Assembly (NCBI GenBank): GCA_964035545.1
Contig: OZ037771.1
Span: 11,970,480 to 12,034,479, forward strand
DNA: 64,000 bases
Origin: Bugula neritina
Taxonomy: Eukaryota; Animalia; Bryozoa
Direction: 5' to 3'
The notes below the pieces were generated by a model. The model ran no database searches. It was not told the origin of the DNA and was given only the letters and a program-made list of their open reading frames with translations. Positions 61,006 through 64,000 of the stretch are shown here, one piece after another. The first letter of the stretch is position 1. Each line of letters opens with the position of its first letter. The translations under genes and the position numbers were made by a program.

Positions 61006-63580
61006 TTACTTTTTACCAGAGGGTGATTTACTGCCCAAAATACTTTCATCCGAAGCTTGACACTGTTGAGTTGAAGTGAGCGATGATTGATTCTGAGAGG
61101 GATTCAATCTATGAGCAGCAGCAACATTCATGTCCGGTGAAGTGAAAGATAAACTGAGTTCACCTTGTTCTTCATAAACTGATGCATCTTGAGGGTCATA
61201 AACACTTCTAGACCTGTTGTGATGACTCTGGGTAGTATTGCGGTGGCCATATCGCTGTCTAAAAGAAGTGGACTGAGCATTTACATCATAAGGTTCACTG
61301 TGTGGTCTTCTCAAGTGGCTGTGTTGTGGGTCTATTTCACCGGCACGAGAACTAATACTTGTTTGGTTTTGATGAAAACTGAATGCTGTATTACTTTCAT
61401 GGCGTAAAAGGTTTCGATTACCGGTGCAATGATGTTCATTTTCACATTGATTCAACAGTTGTAAATTTTGAACACAGTCCTTATTTTCATATGCAATCTC
61501 CTTAAGAGCCTGGCTTAACACAACTGCTTGAAAGACTGCTTTACCATTATGGTGGGTTCTGTGCATATGCCCCACCAGCATTCCAAGACGATAATGGCAT
61601 TGACTGTGAGCATCAATAACATAGACAATAGTGCCACTATGCCCATTGATCAGAGGCCTAAAATGAAATGCATAATAATAAGTTTATTTACAGATCCATA
61701 TAGTTTCAAAATATATAACTGTGTGTAAATTCAAACTGTAAATGCATCTTTTAAAAATAAACTACTGTTTATGCTTTTAGAGCTATTGGTTTCTCTTACC
61801 AGTCTTCCACCACAAACTGTATGTTATGTAGAAATTGTCTTCCAGTGTCAACACCCTTCTTTCGTTGTTCCTCTAAATGTTTCCATGATCCACCAAGAAC
61901 CATATAGCCATACGCATGCCCGACTCTAACACGAACTTTTGCCATTGCCATGGCTGCTAAATGTTTTGGATCCTGGATTGGCAGGATTTCACCCATTGAG
62001 CATTTTAATCCCGTTGGAGTGAAAATGTCTGTCATTGCATTTTCAATGTTTGAACGAGGAATTAAAGTTTCTGAGTCGAGGAGAAGTTGATGTGGATCAA
62101 GTTTTAATAATACAAGATCATTAAGGTATGACTTGTAGTGATCAGGAGGAGCTTCTTCTACCCTGTAATGGCGATAAGCCAAGAGAGAAGTAAACTTTAA
62201 CTCTAGTTTTTCAATGGAGTTGAACATCTCCATGAGAAGTGTCGATCTTTCAATTTTGGCATGGACCTTGTCTTTTATGCATTTCAATATTTCAGGTGTT
62301 ACACTTTCTGCTAACAGTTCTTCACATTCATAATTCTCTAAAAGAAAGTGTGCTGGTACTACTGCAAAATAGCCAGTATATGGATTGAGTGGATCTAACA
62401 CTTTTCCTTTCATCACTAACTCACAAACAGCAGTGCTGCTCTGGATATAATTTCTGACATTGAACTTATGTAGTGAGCCCCGGATAAGCTCATTACTGTG
62501 CAACATTCCTTCAATGTTTTCAGTAAATACTGTAAAAGAGTTAAAGTGACTCTGACTAACTGCTTTCCGAAGAATTTCTTGGACTTTGATAGTTGCACCT
62601 TTACCAACAACTAAAAGCTCTTTGCAGTCATCGGGTGATTGGTAAACAAGAGGATATCCAACTCCATAGTCATAGCAAATTCTACAATAAATACAAAATA
62701 TAATTGACATGTTAAAGCAAAGGTTTTCAGACTTACTACATTATCTATAAATTGACTGCAAACTGGTTGGATGATGTGAAAAACCTTTGCTGGTCAACTT
62801 TCAACTATAACCTGAGACCGCATTAAGAAGCTAAGGAAACCCCAAGCCATCTGCTCATTAGCTAGTTTTAAATGCCCACAAGAGCTTAGATATGAATGAT
62901 ACAATTGTGGGTAAAAAGTTGACATGCATCAATAATTTACTCAGTTATTAGATCCATCAACTTGTCTGGGATGATCCAGTCATAAGGTGAATAATCAGAA
63001 GTCATTGCCTCTAAGGAGTAGGTCTGCCCATTGATGTCCAGCTGAAAGATGGGATAATTATCAGGCTTGTCTGAACTAGAGCTCACTATATCATCATAAT
63101 CTGGGGGTGATGCTGGTTTCTCTACAATTAGTTTAAAATTTCATTGAATATAATTTTTTGACATTAAAAGGCTAACTTTCAGATATAGTTTGTCTCAAAC
63201 ATTCCGATATGCTGATAATGTGTTATAAAATTGAAAACTTGTTTGAGAAATAAATTAAACTCAAAAATGATATTTCATTTCAAAATAGTAAGTAAGTTGT
63301 AAAAAAGGTATCTGCCATAGTTTGTAATTGCTGCATTTATCCATACCTTTATTCTTATTATCGTATGCAGTAGGATGATCCAAAAAATTTCTTTGCTCAA
63401 TGTTACTCCTAAAATTACAGATACAAAAAAGTTTGAATAAATTGACACAACGGCTTTAGTATTTTAAGGACTAATTTCTGTAATGAAATAGCAGTTCACG
63501 GTCTAAGGGAAATAATTATTGCAATGGTTTTGGCCATCCAATTATTTAATAAATTGGTCCAATGAATAAAAAAATTGTTG

Positions 63581-63657
<77 letters not shown>

Positions 63658-63857
63658 TATATATATAGATATATATATATATAATTTACATATATACATA
63701 ATATACAGATTCTCTTACTCTTGTGAGATTAACATTTCATCTTGTGAAAGGTTACGGGACTTTGCTGAGACTTCTCCTGGTCCAGCTGACATTGATTGCT
63801 GTTCTCGCATTGAAAGATATGGATATTTTAATTCTTCGAGTTCATCACCCGGTGCAC
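61006..63857 (-). CDS. Trypsin-like serine protease paralogue 3 (5' end outside window); exons 63857-63719, 63408-63347, 63121-62941, 62681-61800, 61657-61006
   Basis: Same exon structure and phases as paralogue 2; FAVVPAHF, NDLVLLKL and NGHSGTIV motifs; no stops. Confidence 0.8.
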
Positions 63858-64000
63858 CTGCATTGCATATCATGCATTAAATCCCCAACTGCATAAAAAC
63901 ATGTGCATGTATGATGTAGTTATAATTGTGTACAAGGAAATGCTAGATCAATGGTTCTGTGCAACATAAATGTGCATGCTGTTTTGATTTAGAATATTTC

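Overview
AT-rich eukaryotic DNA, probably from an invertebrate (GT-AG introns, long (TA)n tracts), not prokaryotic. Host genes, all on the minus strand: a 6-exon PAP2/wunen-like phospholipid phosphatase (53193->41398) and three paralogues of an unannotated multi-exon gene encoding a divergent trypsin-like serine protease with His/Asp/Ser motifs (12782->7145, 29933->19229, >63857->61006). The middle paralogue begins with a membrane anchor. Much of the window is mobile DNA: two near-full-length Ty3/Gypsy LTR retrotransposons (32774-40236 minus, 45113-52703 plus; tRNA-Leu PBS), three decayed or deleted relatives, solo LTRs, two Penelope-like fragments, tRNA-derived SINEs, MITEs and a THAP/P-like element. 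Most notable: (1) four Gypsy copies with different LTRs carry a conserved non-env ORF3 (two zinc-finger-like motifs, a PxVxL HP1-box-like motif in three of them, a basic cluster and a coiled coil), and the two young copies lack the Gag zinc-knuckle cysteines; (2) the probably intracellular protease family; (3) three minimal hammerhead ribozymes next to (TA)n tracts; (4) a minisatellite that multiplies an in-frame splice donor about 23 times in the PAP2 gene. All gene models were spliced by eye and need transcript confirmation.
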